Source: Nemertoderma westbladi (taxonomy: Eukaryota > Animalia > Xenacoelomorpha). Taken from it: 64,000 bases of DNA. The notes under the pieces were generated by a model, which worked only from the letters and a program-made list of their open reading frames with translations, did not search any database and was not told the origin of the DNA. The DNA is taken from NCBI GenBank assembly GCA_032718475.1, contig JAUCBJ010004814.1, positions 1 through 64,000 on the forward strand, given 5' to 3'. The position numbers and the translations under genes were made by a program. Shown here piece by piece: positions 48,946 through 62,100 of the stretch (its first letter is position 1; each line of letters begins with the position of its first letter).

Positions 48946-51900
48946 TTCCATCCTTCCTGTTCTCTCGGTCTCTTCCTCGCGAAATCGCCCTCAGAGCCCG
49001 CTGGCATGGGCATTGCTTGCAATCCTGATGTCAACTGTTTTGGCGATTCTTCTGTAAATCCTAGCTCCTCCCCCAGAAACTCGCCCGAGCTCCCTGATCC
49101 CCACCTCAGCTCGTCCAAGTTCTGGGCCTCAAACCCATAATCATCTCCCCTAGCCTCCGCCTCTCTTTTGTCTGCCTCCCTCCTTTCTCATCTAGCAACT
49201 TCTTCCAGTCGATTTTCCTCAAGTCTATCCGCTTCCAGCTTCTCCCACTAACTCTATCAGCTTCTCTGATATGGTGTATCCAACTCCCTGTCTACTAGAT
49301 GCTGGCAGTTGTAGTACACCGACTCGCCATCTTGAGCGTCTTGAGCGCATCGATAAGTGTTGCCATACACATCGCCTGTGCTTCCAATGGGTTCGACGGA
49401 TGCTGTACAGACTCTTCTGTTGGGTGCGGTTCGCCCGTCGGGCCTGTTGATTTTTTCTGTGTGGGATATATCATTGGGGGTAACGGCCCCCTCCATATAT
49501 CCGTGTCGCACGATCTGTTCTAGTCCAGGGGGTTCAATGTTCTTGTCCTCGGTTGAGTATATTGCTGATATTGTAATTTGGGAATGTCACCCCCCCCCCC
49601 CCACCACACCGGTGTTGTGTTTGGTACTGGGGTTGATGTTAATATATTGAGGCCCATACACCTATCGGCAATAACTCCCCCCTCCCCTGGGTATATGTTA
49701 TATCCCTGCATAATATAGTCATACTGGTGTGCAGGTACCGGTATAGGCCTATCCACTTACTGGCTACCTACCGGTATGTACGCCGCGGCTTCCGGATCTA
49801 ATCCCGTTGTTTGCGCTACCCTATTGCCTACACTATCTCTTCCAGCATGGCCTATAGTATGTGCAGTAAGACCTACAGTATGTCCTGCAGTCTGCCTGTG
49901 TCCTTCCGGACCGAAGTTTAATCTTCTCGAATATTCCAAGAAGTCCTCCCCACGACCACCGTACTCTCGATCGGCAGCTACATCCCGTTGGGAAGTTTCT
50001 CTTCGATCCCCTCTCCTGTCCTCGTCCTCATGCCGGTACACCTATATACGGCATACCTTCTCCCGGTGTATAGTATATCTCGCCAGGCTGCGTCTCTCCA
50101 GGGCGACGGCAATCTCCTGGAGTTCGACCCCACTGACTCTCTAACTCCATCTCTACTACCGACGGTTCGCTGTCCGTTCTCACTCTCCGGTTGCCCGCAG
50201 CAACACTTCTTCTATTCTCTTCACTTCTTCTCTCTTCAGTGTAGCGTTCCCACTCATGAGATCTCTCTTTGACTTCCCGGTTAAACTCCACTGTTCTTCT
50301 TCCATTTTCCGACTGGGCTCGACGTCTTGTTGCTCGCCCGCTCATGACGCCAACCTCTCTCACTCTAGCAGGTTGGATGCTGCTGGGGATATTCGCAATC
50401 CCCCTACTATTCCCCGTCGTCGTGTGCTGTGGTTCACCTAACTCGCCCCGCATATTATCCTCCGATGCTTGTGGGGCATTCTCTGCCCCCCCCCCCCCCC
50501 CACTCACCACCTATTACTTCACTACCTCCTACGACCTCCTCGACGCCCTATCTCTACTGCGGCTGGGTCTATTCACCCCTGCCTCTCCCTCTATCACTGC
50601 GTGCGTGGCCTTGCAGGCTTCCGTCGGGTTGACTCACCACCACTCCTCCCTGCCTAACTACGTGGCCTTGCAGGCTCCCATCAGGGTGACTCACCCCTGC
50701 TACTCCCTGCGTACTAACTACGTGGCCTTGCAGGCTCTCGCTGGTCGGACCACCTACGTTTGCTGCGTTCGTATGAATAGCACCGTCATCAACAATATTA
50801 CCGTCTAAATAATTTGGATTATTTAAATTATTTTGTTCGGAATTCGGATTATTATTTAAATTATTTTGTATATTTAAATTAGAATTATTTGAATTACTTT
50901 GCATATTTAAATTAAGATTATTTGGATTATTTTGTATATTTGAATTTAAATTATTATTTGAAATATTTTGTGCGTTTAAATTAGGGTTATTATTTTGTAT
51001 ATTTAAATTAGAATTATTATTTTGTATATTTAAATCAGGATTATTTGGATTTAAATTATTATTACCAGGTAAATTATTTCCTGCAATGAAAGTTTGATTA
51101 GGGTTGTCTACTACGGTACTATTAATATTAATGCCTTCTAACGTATTATTATTACCCCCCCCCCCCCTTCCATCCCGCCCGTACAGTTACACCAGTCTTG
51201 GGTCTGTCGTTTGGTGCCTGTAAGTGGGGTATTAACAAATGTCTCCATTACTTCTGGCTCCTCGTAAATACTACCCGAGCCAGCCCCACTCTCAGATAGT
51301 CCCAACTGCGCCAGTTCTAATCGGCGCTTTTGCTTAGCTTGATATTGCATTTTCCCCTTAACTGGGCATGCATATCATCCCGCATACGTTTCCCCGCTCT
51401 CTCTCTCTCTCTCTATCCTCTCGCAGACATTGGTCGGCCAACTCTGCCTCCCTCGCCTCCTGCTCTCTATGCTCATTCTCTACTTTCGCCTCTCGCTCTC
51501 TACGCCCATTCTCTACTTTCGCCTCCCGCTCCTCACGCTCTCTAAATTTTCTCTCAACCCTCTCAGCCCTCTCTTTTTTCTCTCTCGCCAGCTCTCTCTC
51601 TCTCTTTCTCTAATAGTGTGGTTCCCTCATCCAGCTGCCTCTCCAACTCTTTCTGGTCTAGCACCACTATGTCTAGTTGACACGCCAGATCTATCTTAAA
51701 CACCCTTCTTGTTTTTGCGGAGGATGTAGCGGACTTATCGTTTGCGACGGACTCCCATCACCTCTCTGTCCTACTAACTTTTCCCCGCTTTCTGGGGTTC
51801 TCGCTAACTGACAAGACCGAATCCTCGGGGTTAACCTCGGGTTCGCCCTCGTGCGGATCCGCCCAACCCACTAACTTAATTCCTATAGCATCCACTAAGT

Positions 51901-52536
51901 ACGGCCCTACATACACTACTTCAGGCTCCATAACCCCGGATCGCCACAGTTCGAATAGTTCGGTGGTGACTCCCACTCACTCTCTCACTCGCCAGTTCTC
52001 CATGTCCAAAGCGGACTAAATACCAGAAATGTTCGTTAGACTCACCTAGCCTTTGGTGTAATTTAGGCTGGTCTACCGTTCCTCCCTCTCTGGCCTCCCT
52101 CAGTAGTTTCTTGGTGGCTTGTAGGCCCGTCGTAGCCGATTTCTCGTCCCGACGTCCTCTTCACCGATATCTCCTCCTCCTCTTCTCGTTCGGCGTCGTA
52201 CCGGCGGCCCCACTGTCACCATTCCGGTGGGCCGTCCATCGCCCTCGGCATGTGGCTGGCCGGCAACTTCGGTATTCCGACCGCCGTTGTGCATCGACTC
52301 GTCCCTGTATCTTTCATCCGTCATGGTTGACGGCTGCCCTCTGCTTGGGGTACCGGATCATCCCTCGTCAGCGAATCCGGCTTCGCAGGTCAATACCGTC
52401 TCGTCGCGGCCTCGCGGATTGTTTGGTTGGTGTCATCCGGGGTCCGCGGCGGCATCCTCTCTCCCTCTGATAATCGGGGTTCCCCTTGGCTCATCTTTAC
52501 TTTACTTTACTGCAGTCACAGTTTAGTAGTTTTAGG

Positions 52537-52547
52537 CAGTTGTTTAC
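52537..52547 (-). promoter_or_regulatory. Non-tRNA primer-binding-site position of B (GTAAACAACTG), complementary to LTR site 52771-52781
   Basis: Exact 11-nt reverse complement within the adjacent LTR; no TGG. Confidence 0.65.
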
Positions 52548-53289
52548 TGTGGCGGGATCGAAGATCCCAACCGGGTTGATGTTTTAGGCATCACCGCTCT
52601 ACCACAGGGATGCTGGGATGGTGCTAAATAACTTGGCTGAGGCCGTTGCAGGAAAACAATGAGAGTCCGGTGTTGTCTCTTTGATATCATAAAATAACAA
52701 TAGCACAAAAACTCGTGGTAGAAGTACAGATATGATGTGTACCGTTATGTTGTATCAGTAAACGATGATGGTAAACAACTGATACCAGTCTGCACTAACT
52801 GAGAAATTAACTAAACTGAGTCACAAACTGGTAGCAGGAGATAATATATGATTGATATACCAATATTGCCACACACCTACGCTACCTTGGCCTGTTACCT
52901 AACGAATGCTCTCCTTTACCCTAATCTCCCACTTGTCACCCTTTCACCCTCTGGGAGTGTTTCCCCCCTGCTGCTAGCCTCTACTAGCTGTGTCCCCTCC
53001 GAGGTGGTTTGACTTCTAACCTTCCTTTGTGTGTGGCTTCGGGGTTTGTACAGCCCCCCCCCCCCCCCCCCCCCCCCCGAATGTTGGTTGTGATACGAGA
53101 TTAATATTCCTAATCTCGTATCTCCAACATATTGCTCAAAAAATGCCACTGCCCTATTTTGTGGTGGGTAAGCAAGCGGAGTTGAATCCGCTTACAATGT
53201 CGGCCAGTAATTTCTTTCACGGTGGAAAATCAGTTCAATCAATTTAAAATATAAATTGGGGAAGATAGTAAAATTGAGCATGGCTTAAA

Positions 53290-56200
53290 ATAATATATTA
53301 CATAAATATAATAAATATAAGTATAGTTGAGAGTTGGAGTAAGGTTTATTCAATGGGAGAGTCAGCAGGACAGTTCCGATAGAGGAGGGCTGAGGAGGCA
53401 GTCCATAGCATGTTAGCGGTTCCTGCAAGGTCCATCGCAGAACTGACAGATACAGCTGTCTGAGAACTCGTGGAATGGGGTTGGGGTGCGACAGAGTATG
53501 TGATGGAACCCATGAGCCGTTGTCCTGGTAACAAGCGATCTGTTCCTTTGACCAGGCCATTTCCATACGGATGTGGAAAAAGCCGGTCCGCGTAGAAAAC
53601 CCTGAGCTTGGAAATTGGCGATTCGTTCGCGACGGTGATCTTTATAAAGTTCTAGAACATCGCTATCGAAAGTTTCTGTTGACCTGGAGTATATATCTAC
53701 AACAAATGAGTTCTTACCAACGAGTTTCATAGCTAATGTCGATGATGCCGATATATGTTTCCCTAACATACGCTTTATGAAGGTGGATTTGATTTTATCA
53801 ATTTCTAGCAGATGTGATAATTTCAGATAAGGAGCCATTTCATTCATAGAGTATGTTGCCATAGGTGATATTTTCGATTTGAATATCTCAATTGCAGTTT
53901 CAACAGAGAGGAGATGTAATAGATTAAGTGATCCTATGATACCGTATGATTTTTTCTTTTTGGATTCCATATGTTGTGTGAAGCATAATGATGGCTGTAA
54001 TGTAACAAATAGGTATTCATAAGAGTTGGTAATACTGACTTTGTTGCCTCCATAGATAAACTGGTCAGCGTCACATAATTTCCCACCGTTTCAGAATTTT
54101 AGAATTTTGGTTTTAACTAAGTTTACCTCCATACCATTTTCGATACACCAGGTATATAAAACATTGAGTCCGCGTTGTATATCATTTCTGTTACTGGAGT
54201 AGAATACCAGGTCATCCGCATAGAAAATAAATTTTAGGCAGGATACTAATTGGCGTAGTGCATCTGCTAGATCGGAGATAAATATGATAAAACATGTAGG
54301 CGAGAACGTATCTCCTTGCAGAACTCCTCTTAGTTGCTGTATAATACCAGATAGACTGAGTCCGTCGTAGATACGAATTTGGTTGTGTAGTAAGGCCCTC
54401 ACTATATTATATAGCTTCCCCTTTATCCCATGTAGATATAATTTCTGGAGTAGCTTCGCACGGCTCACGAAATCAAAGGCCTCACAAAAATCCACAAATG
54501 CGGCATATGTTACTCGGTTGTGGGGTGTGTTTGCTTTGAAAGAGTTTGCTATGTCTGAAAGGAGGATTTTGATGGCCTGGGCCGTGGACTTTCCATGGAT
54601 GAAACCATATTGCTCTGGTGGGAATTGTCTGGATACGTACTGTCGGACACAGTTATTTATTAGTTTTGTGAAGGTTTTTAAGAGAACACTGAGGAGTGCA
54701 ATGCCGTGGTAGTTGTCGGGATTGTTTTCTGAACCTTTTCCCTTGTAAAGTATTATTATAATGCTTTCTAGCCAGGTCGTGGGTAGCTTCGCAACATGTA
54801 AGCACATATCAATGTGAGTAGAACAAGGATATAAGGTATTGACTGTTTAATGTGCTCATAGTATATTCTGTCTGGTCTGCAGGCCTTTCTGTTTGCAGCA
54901 TCGTTAACAGCCGCTCGGACTTCCTCATGGTTCGTTATACCATTCACCATTGTTGCACTCTGTTTCAGCCATGGTGGGTATTTCTCCGCAGTTAGGTGGG
55001 TTGTTGTCGCAACCGAGTAGGTTCTGGAAATTGGATTCCAGATGTTGAGCGGGAATGGGTGCAATGGAAAGTGTATAATCTTTAAATAGGGACCATGGTG
55101 TGATTTCCGCCTGTTTTATCTTTTTAAGTATTGCCTCGTTCTCGTATGTTTCTCTTTTGGACTTGATGAGTTTTTTATATTGTTTACGGGTATTCCAATA
55201 ATATTGAGGTATACCCGTAGTGCTGTATGTGTGCATAGAATCCAATAAGTTCGCCTTCACAATTCTGCACTCATCATCAAACCACGGTTTATGATGTTTC
55301 CTTTTATTTTGTTTCAAAGCTTCAGCGGAGTCTATAATTAGCTTAGTTAGCTTAGTAGTTGCCTAATCAACGTCTTTAAATTTCAAAAGATTATCAATTA
55401 TGACAGTAATTTCACCATATTGATCAAGTTTGCAAATATCTATTTTCCGGTTTAGGGGGGGGGGGGGGGGGGGTGGCCTTTTTAGTATGGCTTGGTGTGG
55501 ATTTTCTCGGGAAGTATTAGTCATTGAGATACTCTGGTGCTTTCTAATTGGTTTATATAAAACGTCGATCTGAGGTGGCTCTGTTGGAAGGGGGGTGGGA
55601 TACTTGATATAGAATAAATCGATGGTGCTGTTACCCTGGGGCGATATACAGGATATGTGTGGATATCCACCGAGTTTAGAAGAATAAACCCGAGGTTCTG
55701 TAGGTGGTCCGTTAGATCCGTGCCACGATTCCATGCATCAAGCCGACAGTTAAAGTCGCCACCAATAGTTATCGCGATGTTTTTATATGCCATTGTGAGA
55801 GCCTGATTCAGAGTCAGGATAACCTCTTCGATAGGTACATCAAGAGGAAAGTAAAATACGATGTAGTATGACTGCTTCGTTTCCACAATAATAAACTTAG
55901 TAGATTTATTGATTAGTTCTGGTTTTAGTTGGGGTTTGCATAAAATGATTAAACCGCCTTGGGGCCGTCCTCTCTGTGGTTTTACTGCGGGTTGCGAGTA
56001 CATGTAGCAGCCGGGGAAGGGTTTATGGTCAGGGGGGTCTGTCACTACCAAAGTTTTAGTTAGCATTACAACATCGCAGTTATCTAGGAGTTCCGATCCG
56101 TTTCCGTTTATGGTTATGTAGTTCAGCCCTTCCACATTCCACATAGATACCTTTGTGTGTCAGATCTAGGCAGGGTTCGGAGATGCACGTGCGCCTTGAG

Positions 56201-56720
56201 CAGGGTTTCATCTACGGAGACCAAACGTCTCTCGTTCCTCATCGGTTAGCGAATAATTCCTAATCATGGTCCCTTCCGGCCACACTGCGGGGTCCATTAA
56301 GGATTGCGTGTACGCGAGTCAGGATGGGGTCCTTTCGGGATCACATTTGTAAACTGGATATGGACTTCCTTTAGGTGGTCGCTGACTTCCTCTGCAGTGA
56401 CGTACAATTCGAATCGACTGACATGAACATGAGCTTTTCTTGGGTGTTGGCCTGTAGGAGGATTGGTTGGGCGTGGGGCTATACACAGTGATCCACCCGT
56501 CCTGTTTCCTCGGATTGGCTGGTTCTAGGTTCGATTTCGGTTGCTGGTTGGGCGCCGATCCGCCAGTCAAGGCGCCACAGTGTCAGCCCGTGTGGGTGGG
56601 TTGTGTTCCTCCTAAATGGCGTTCCTCCTCTAGATTGATGCTCTTTTTTCCTTTTATTACTCTAAATGTCGATATAATATCATTCTGGATGCGAACAAAA
56701 TCTTCTGCTGCCATTATTTA
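53290..56720 (-). mobile_element. Degenerate APE-endonuclease plus RT LINE, with possible ORF1 remnant
   Basis: APE motifs WNVEGL, GGDFN, STIDL (55363-56144); KPWFDDEC; RT QYGF, FVDFCEAFD, GVLQGDTFSP, YADD (54091-54807); C-terminal HHILC...CQFC; AATAAA at about 53345-53350. Confidence 0.88.
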
Positions 56721-58689
56721 ATTATAAATACAAGTACAGCAGTAGGTAGGTAAATCAGTAGTCCAGTGCATATATTAGTGCGCAATGCAAAAAAAATGAA
56801 TTCCAGTAAACATATGTTCTCAACATATTATAGTGTAATAAATAGATATGTAAAGGCATCTCCAATGTCTCGGTTATCACTCATTAATTTGTTTGTTTTG
56901 GATATCACTCATTAATTTGTTTGTTTTGTTTTGCAGGCAGATGTCGCGCAATTAGTCTGACACCGAGAGACACAGAAAAGACCAGCAAAACCTTTACCCT
57001 ATTAAACCCGGGGGGGGGGGGTCAATATGACCCTTTCGTGGATTTTTATTATACTTCTGAAACAAACGCAGTTGTGAATCTGAAATTTTATGACTTTTCC
57101 TAAAAATCGATTGTCTTCCTAGTAGTGAAAACCGTTTTCAAAAATATTTGGTAGTTTTCGAGTTATAGCACCTTTTTTTAACCCTACTTTTGGCACTTTT
57201 TTGAGACGTTTTTTGAAAATTACATTTGATTAAATATTAATTGTAACACCTCTATTTTTGATTTACACCGGTTTTTTGGTGTTAGCAATTGGATGGAATT
57301 CATATAAATTGATTTAGAAATTTCAAACTTGTTTTTTTCGGCGGGTGCCAAATTTTGGTGCCAGCACCAAATTTTGAAATATTTCAATTTTGTAAATTGA
57401 TTATTTGAAACTTGTTTTTTCCGCAATTGGTGTTTTTTGGGGTTCTGGTTTCGATGAAATATATACGAGTTGCACCAAACGTATCAAACTTGTATTTTTC
57501 GGTGCTGTGTGCAAATTTTGGTGCTAGCACGAAATTTTGAAAATCCATTCAATAGATAAAATTGCTTGTGACAATTTATTTCTTGCATTTTAAAGGTTTA
57601 TGGCTGTTCTGAATTCAATGGAATATATAATTATCAAACTAGACATCTCAAACTTGTATTTTTCGGAAGTGGGTGCAAAATTTGGTGCTAGCACCAAATT
57701 TTGAAAACCACCAAATCTGTCAATTGATTGTGTCATCTTGTTTCTTGCGTTATACGGGTTTGTTAGGGTTCTGAATTCAATGGAATCAGTAAAAATTTCA
57801 TAAGAGTTTTCAAACTTGTATTTTTCGCTGGTGGGTGAAAATTGTTGTTTTGCACCAAATTTTTGAAAATGAGTAAATTGATCAGTAGATAGTATCATCT
57901 TGTTTCTTGCGTTATACGGGTTTATGAGGGTCCTGAATCCAATGGAAATAATTAAAACAGCACTGGACATCGCAAACTTGTACTTTTTGGTGATGGGTAC
58001 GAAATTTGGTGCTACCCTGCAAACCACCAACGTTAATCTAACGTTGGGTTTATGTTAGACATTCGTTAAAAAATGACAGTTAGAATTTAACCATAAACCT
58101 ACGTTAAAATACGTTAGAATTCTGTCAATTTTTAACGTTAATTTTTTACAGTAATTATACGTCAAAAATTTACAAATATCGGACAATACCATATTTTTTA
58201 ACGTTACTTTAACGTTAATTTTTAACGTTAATTTTTTACAGTAATTATACGTTAAAAATCAACAGAGATCTGACATTTACAAATTTTTTAACGTTGATTT
58301 AACGTTAATTTTTAACGTTCATTATTAACGTTAATTTAGCATTAAAATACATCAGATTTTAACGATGATTAGTGAATCACTTAACTGATTCATCAATGGA
58401 TAACATATCTATGTCTAGCTGACCATCCGCTGACTTTGTTCATTTCTTATTTTGTTAAATTTTTATGTTACTTGTGTAATTTTTTAAATATTATTTTTAA
58501 ATATTTGCCTTACTAGTCAGCATCTGTGTACCAGTACCAAGCGTACAGTATAAAAGTACAGTAAGTAAGCGTACGGTAGAAAAAGGGTGGAAAGAAGGAT
58601 CTAGAAGATGCTAGTGGGGCTGTAGCCGATAGCGAAGATGAATGAATATTATATATCGATACAAACTTGGCCCTAATTACGTTACGGAT

Positions 58690-59910
58690 AACTTTATGAA
58701 ACTGGATGTACGTTTCGGTTAACTTTATGAAAGTGGATGTACGTTTCGGTTAACTTTATGAAACTGGATGTATGTTTCGGTTAACTTTATGAAACTGGAT
58801 GTACGTTTCGGTTAACTTTATGAAACTGGATGTACGTTTCGATTAACTTTATGAAAGTGGATGTACGTTTCGGTTAACTTTATGAAACTGGATGTACGTT
58901 TCGGTTAACTTTATGAAACTGGATGTACGTTTCGGTTAACGTTATGAAACTGGATGTACGTTTCGGTTAACTTTATGAAACTGGATGTACGTTTCGGTTA
59001 GCTTTATGAAACTGGATGTACGTTTCGGTTAACTTTATGAAACTGGATGTACGTTTCGGTTAACTTTATGAAACTGGATGTACGTTTCGGTTAACTTTAT
59101 GAAACTGGATGTACGTTTCGGTTAACTTTATGAAACTGGATGTACGTTTCGGTTAACTTTATGAAACTGGATGTACGTTTCGGTTAACTTTATGAAACTG
59201 GATGTACGTTTCGGTTAACTTTATGAAACTGGATGTACGTTTCGGTTTACTTTATGAAACTGGATGTACGTTTCGGTTAACTTTATGAAACTGGATGTAC
59301 GTTTCGGTTAACTTTATGAAACTGGATGTACGTTTCGGTTAACTTTATGAAACTGGATGTACGTTTCGGTTAACTTTATGAAACTGGATGTACGTTTCGG
59401 TTAACTTTATGAAACTGGATGTACGTTTCGGTTAACTTTATGAAACTGGATGTACGTTTCGGTTAACTTTATGAAACTGGATGTACGTTTCGGTTAACTT
59501 TATGAAACTGGATGTACGTTTCGGTTTACTTTATGAAACTGGATGTACGTTTCGGTTAACTTTATGAAACTGGATGTACGTTTCGGTTAACTTTATGAAA
59601 CTGGATGTACGTTTCGGTTAACTTTATTAAAGTGGATATACGTTTCGGTTAACGTTATGAAAGTGGATGTTCGTTTCGGTTAACTTTATGAAACTGAATG
59701 TACGTTTCGGTTAACTTTATGAAACTGGATGTACGTTTCGGTTAACTTTATGAAAGTGGATGTACGTTTCGGTTAACGTTATGAAAGTGGATGTACGTTT
59801 CGGTTAACTTTATGAAACTGGATGTACGTTTCGGTTAACTTTATGAAACTGGATGTACGTTTCGGTTAACTTTATGAAACTGGATGTACGTTTAGGTTAA
59901 CTTTATGAAA
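58690..59910. repeat. 31-bp tandem satellite, about 39 copies
   Basis: Unit AACTTTATGAAACTGGATGTACGTTTCGGTT, head-to-tail without spacers. Confidence 0.97.
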
Positions 59911-60430
59911 CGGATGAGTCCGGTAGCAACCTACGGGTCTCTGAACTATAGATCTAAGCCTAGCCTCCCATTGATTAATAAAAATTCCACACATTTCCAA
60001 TTCCGAATTCCAAAAATTTCACATTTCTAAAGCCTACTTTATAGTGTTATAGAAATTAAATTCAGAATTTCATACAAGAAAAAATCATACATAATTATTG
60101 ATTTTTTCATTGATCAATTACACGAGATTATGAATTTAAGCTTCTGGTTTTAACACTTGAATTTGTTCAAAATTACATTTCACTGTATGTAACTGGCAAT
60201 TTGAAAATCTATCGTAATGTGATAATAACGTGTATTATATTAATATTATATCTAATACATAATTAAAATGTATACATAATTATTATATGTAATATTGATT
60301 AATCATAAGTAATGTATTAATTGTGAGTTAATACAATATAATTTTGTCAATATTAAATGGCAAAGTTGTCTTCGGCCGTTAGGCCAGGGAAAACATTACG
60401 CACAAAGTCTGACGACTTGTTTCCAGATAA

Positions 60431-60936
60431 GTGGGCGTTCATAAAGTATGTCACGCACTAGGGGAGGGGGGGGGGGGGTGGGTAGAGCTTTCGTGACATT
60501 TTGTGACAGGTGGTAGGGGGGTGTCGACCTTTGTGACGGTCACGGCGATGTTCTACGGTATGCTTTAATGTTAGAGTGTCTTTGACTAACACATTTGTAG
60601 ATGAGTGGGAAACTTAAACAATAAATTCAATAACATTGAATTTAATCCCTAACATTAACAGGACACCCCTGTCTAGTCTGCCTTTTACATGTACAGTATT
60701 GTAGTTTGAAGCTGCTAAAGTATGTATAGGCTTTTAGTAAGAACTACTTCAGTCAAAATGTTTCACTTTCTATTGTGCTTTCTAACTGTTATTAAATTAC
60801 TGAAATAAAATATTTTTCGTCTGGGGGGGGGGGGGGGGGTTATAAATTTACGAAAATAGGTTTTTGTGACAGAAGGGGGGGGGGGGGGGGGGTCAAAAAA
60901 TGGAAAATTTGCGTGACATACTTTATGAACGCCACC
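60431..60936. mobile_element. PIF/Harbinger-like MITE
   Basis: About 27-bp TIRs G(T/G)(G/T)GGCGTTCATAAAGTATGTCACGCA; 3-bp TSD TAA (60428-60430 / 60937-60939). Confidence 0.8.
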
Positions 60937-61819
60937 TAATTTCACCATATTTTTATTCACCAGAGGATACTCCAGTACCCATTAAAGGACGCCCTTGAGA
61001 AATGCGTCCTAGCTCGTCCCTTTAAAGCGTTCGTCCTGAAACGAAAACTCTCCCGACCCCTTTGCGGGGATCGAACCCATGACCTCTGGAGAGATGTTAA
61101 TTATAGGCACTGGATTAACACTACACAAACTAAAAGGGCGGGAACAACATAAAAAATGTTAGATTTTTGCTTGATCAAATGTGGCGTCGAATGCTGGACA
61201 TTGACATTGACATATAGATTATCTATCATTACTAATATCAATATTAATCATAACAACACATTTTGATGCTAACAAATACAATAGTATTTGTAATTTCTCT
61301 GAATGCTATTTTTAATGCAACCACGGCGACAATAAACCGAGAGGATCATAGATTCGAGCTGAGTTTCAACAGAGTAAGTGCAATACAAACGACTGCAAGT
61401 ATTTAAATTTATGCAAAAAAACCGTAAGTCAACAAAAGACTTGCGGTTTTTTGTCATCAGAATTTAATGAGGATTTCACATCTGGAAATGGTTTGGCGAG
61501 ATCTGTTGTATGCATTTTCAATAATTACCAGAAGTAGCTCCGATGAGAGAAAGCTTGTAATTAAACTATTGTTATTAATTCCATTAGTCACCTGAGGTCA
61601 ACCCACCCTAACCTAACTGTTTAATATGAGAATGCCTTCTTAGGTTGTTTCGAGTTATCAGTGTCTACCGGTCTGACCGTCAAGATGTAAATTTAGACAG
61701 AGCCAGATAAGATAATAGCAATTGTCTGGAATATGTGATTATTTGACGTTAATTAACGTTAAGGTAATTATGCGTTAATTATTATAATTATGTTTTTATC
61801 ACTGTCAGTTGTTTGTAAT

Positions 61820-62100
61820 TTTTTAACGTTAAATACAATATATTTTGACGATCCAAACTGATTGTCAGTAATATGTCATTTTTTAACGTTAAACATACAA
61901 TATATTTTGACGATCCAAACTGATTGTCAGTAATATGTCATTTTTTAACGTTAAACATACAATATATTTTGACGATCCAAACTGATTGTCAGTAATGTCA
62001 TTTTTTAACGTTAAACATTCAATATATTTTGACGATCCAAACTGATTGTCAGTAATATGTCATTTTTTAACGTTAAACATACAATATATTTTGACGATCA
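61820..62100. repeat. About 60-bp tandem repeat (about 5 copies) in the subterminal region of the CMC-like element
   Basis: Repeated TTTTTAACGTTAAACATACAATATATTTTGACGATCCAAACTGATTGTCAGTAATATGTCA. Confidence 0.85.

Larger units (their letters stand above)
46002..53196 (-). mobile_element. BEL element B: A-family relative, deleted from capsid through pol, with mismatched LTRs
   Basis: LTR-like 46002-46670 (PPT at 46671-46681) and 52548-53196 are homologous but clearly diverged. The interior matches A accessory ORF (47403-49250) and A gag N-terminal half (49330-52470). No TSD (CCCTC vs ATGTC). Confidence 0.85.

Noticed and set aside
57220-58030. ORFs within the piggyBac-type MITE as transposase remnants
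   Set aside because: They are translations of internal AT-rich repeats with no DDD motifs.
58690-59910. 31-bp repeat array as a CRISPR array
   Set aside because: The units are head-to-tail with no unique spacers, there are no cas genes, and the context is eukaryotic TE sequence.
61050-61092. Minus-strand GGTTCGATCCCC B-box as a tRNA gene
   Set aside because: Only a T-arm-like piece is visible, with no A box or cloverleaf; at most a SINE or tRNA remnant.
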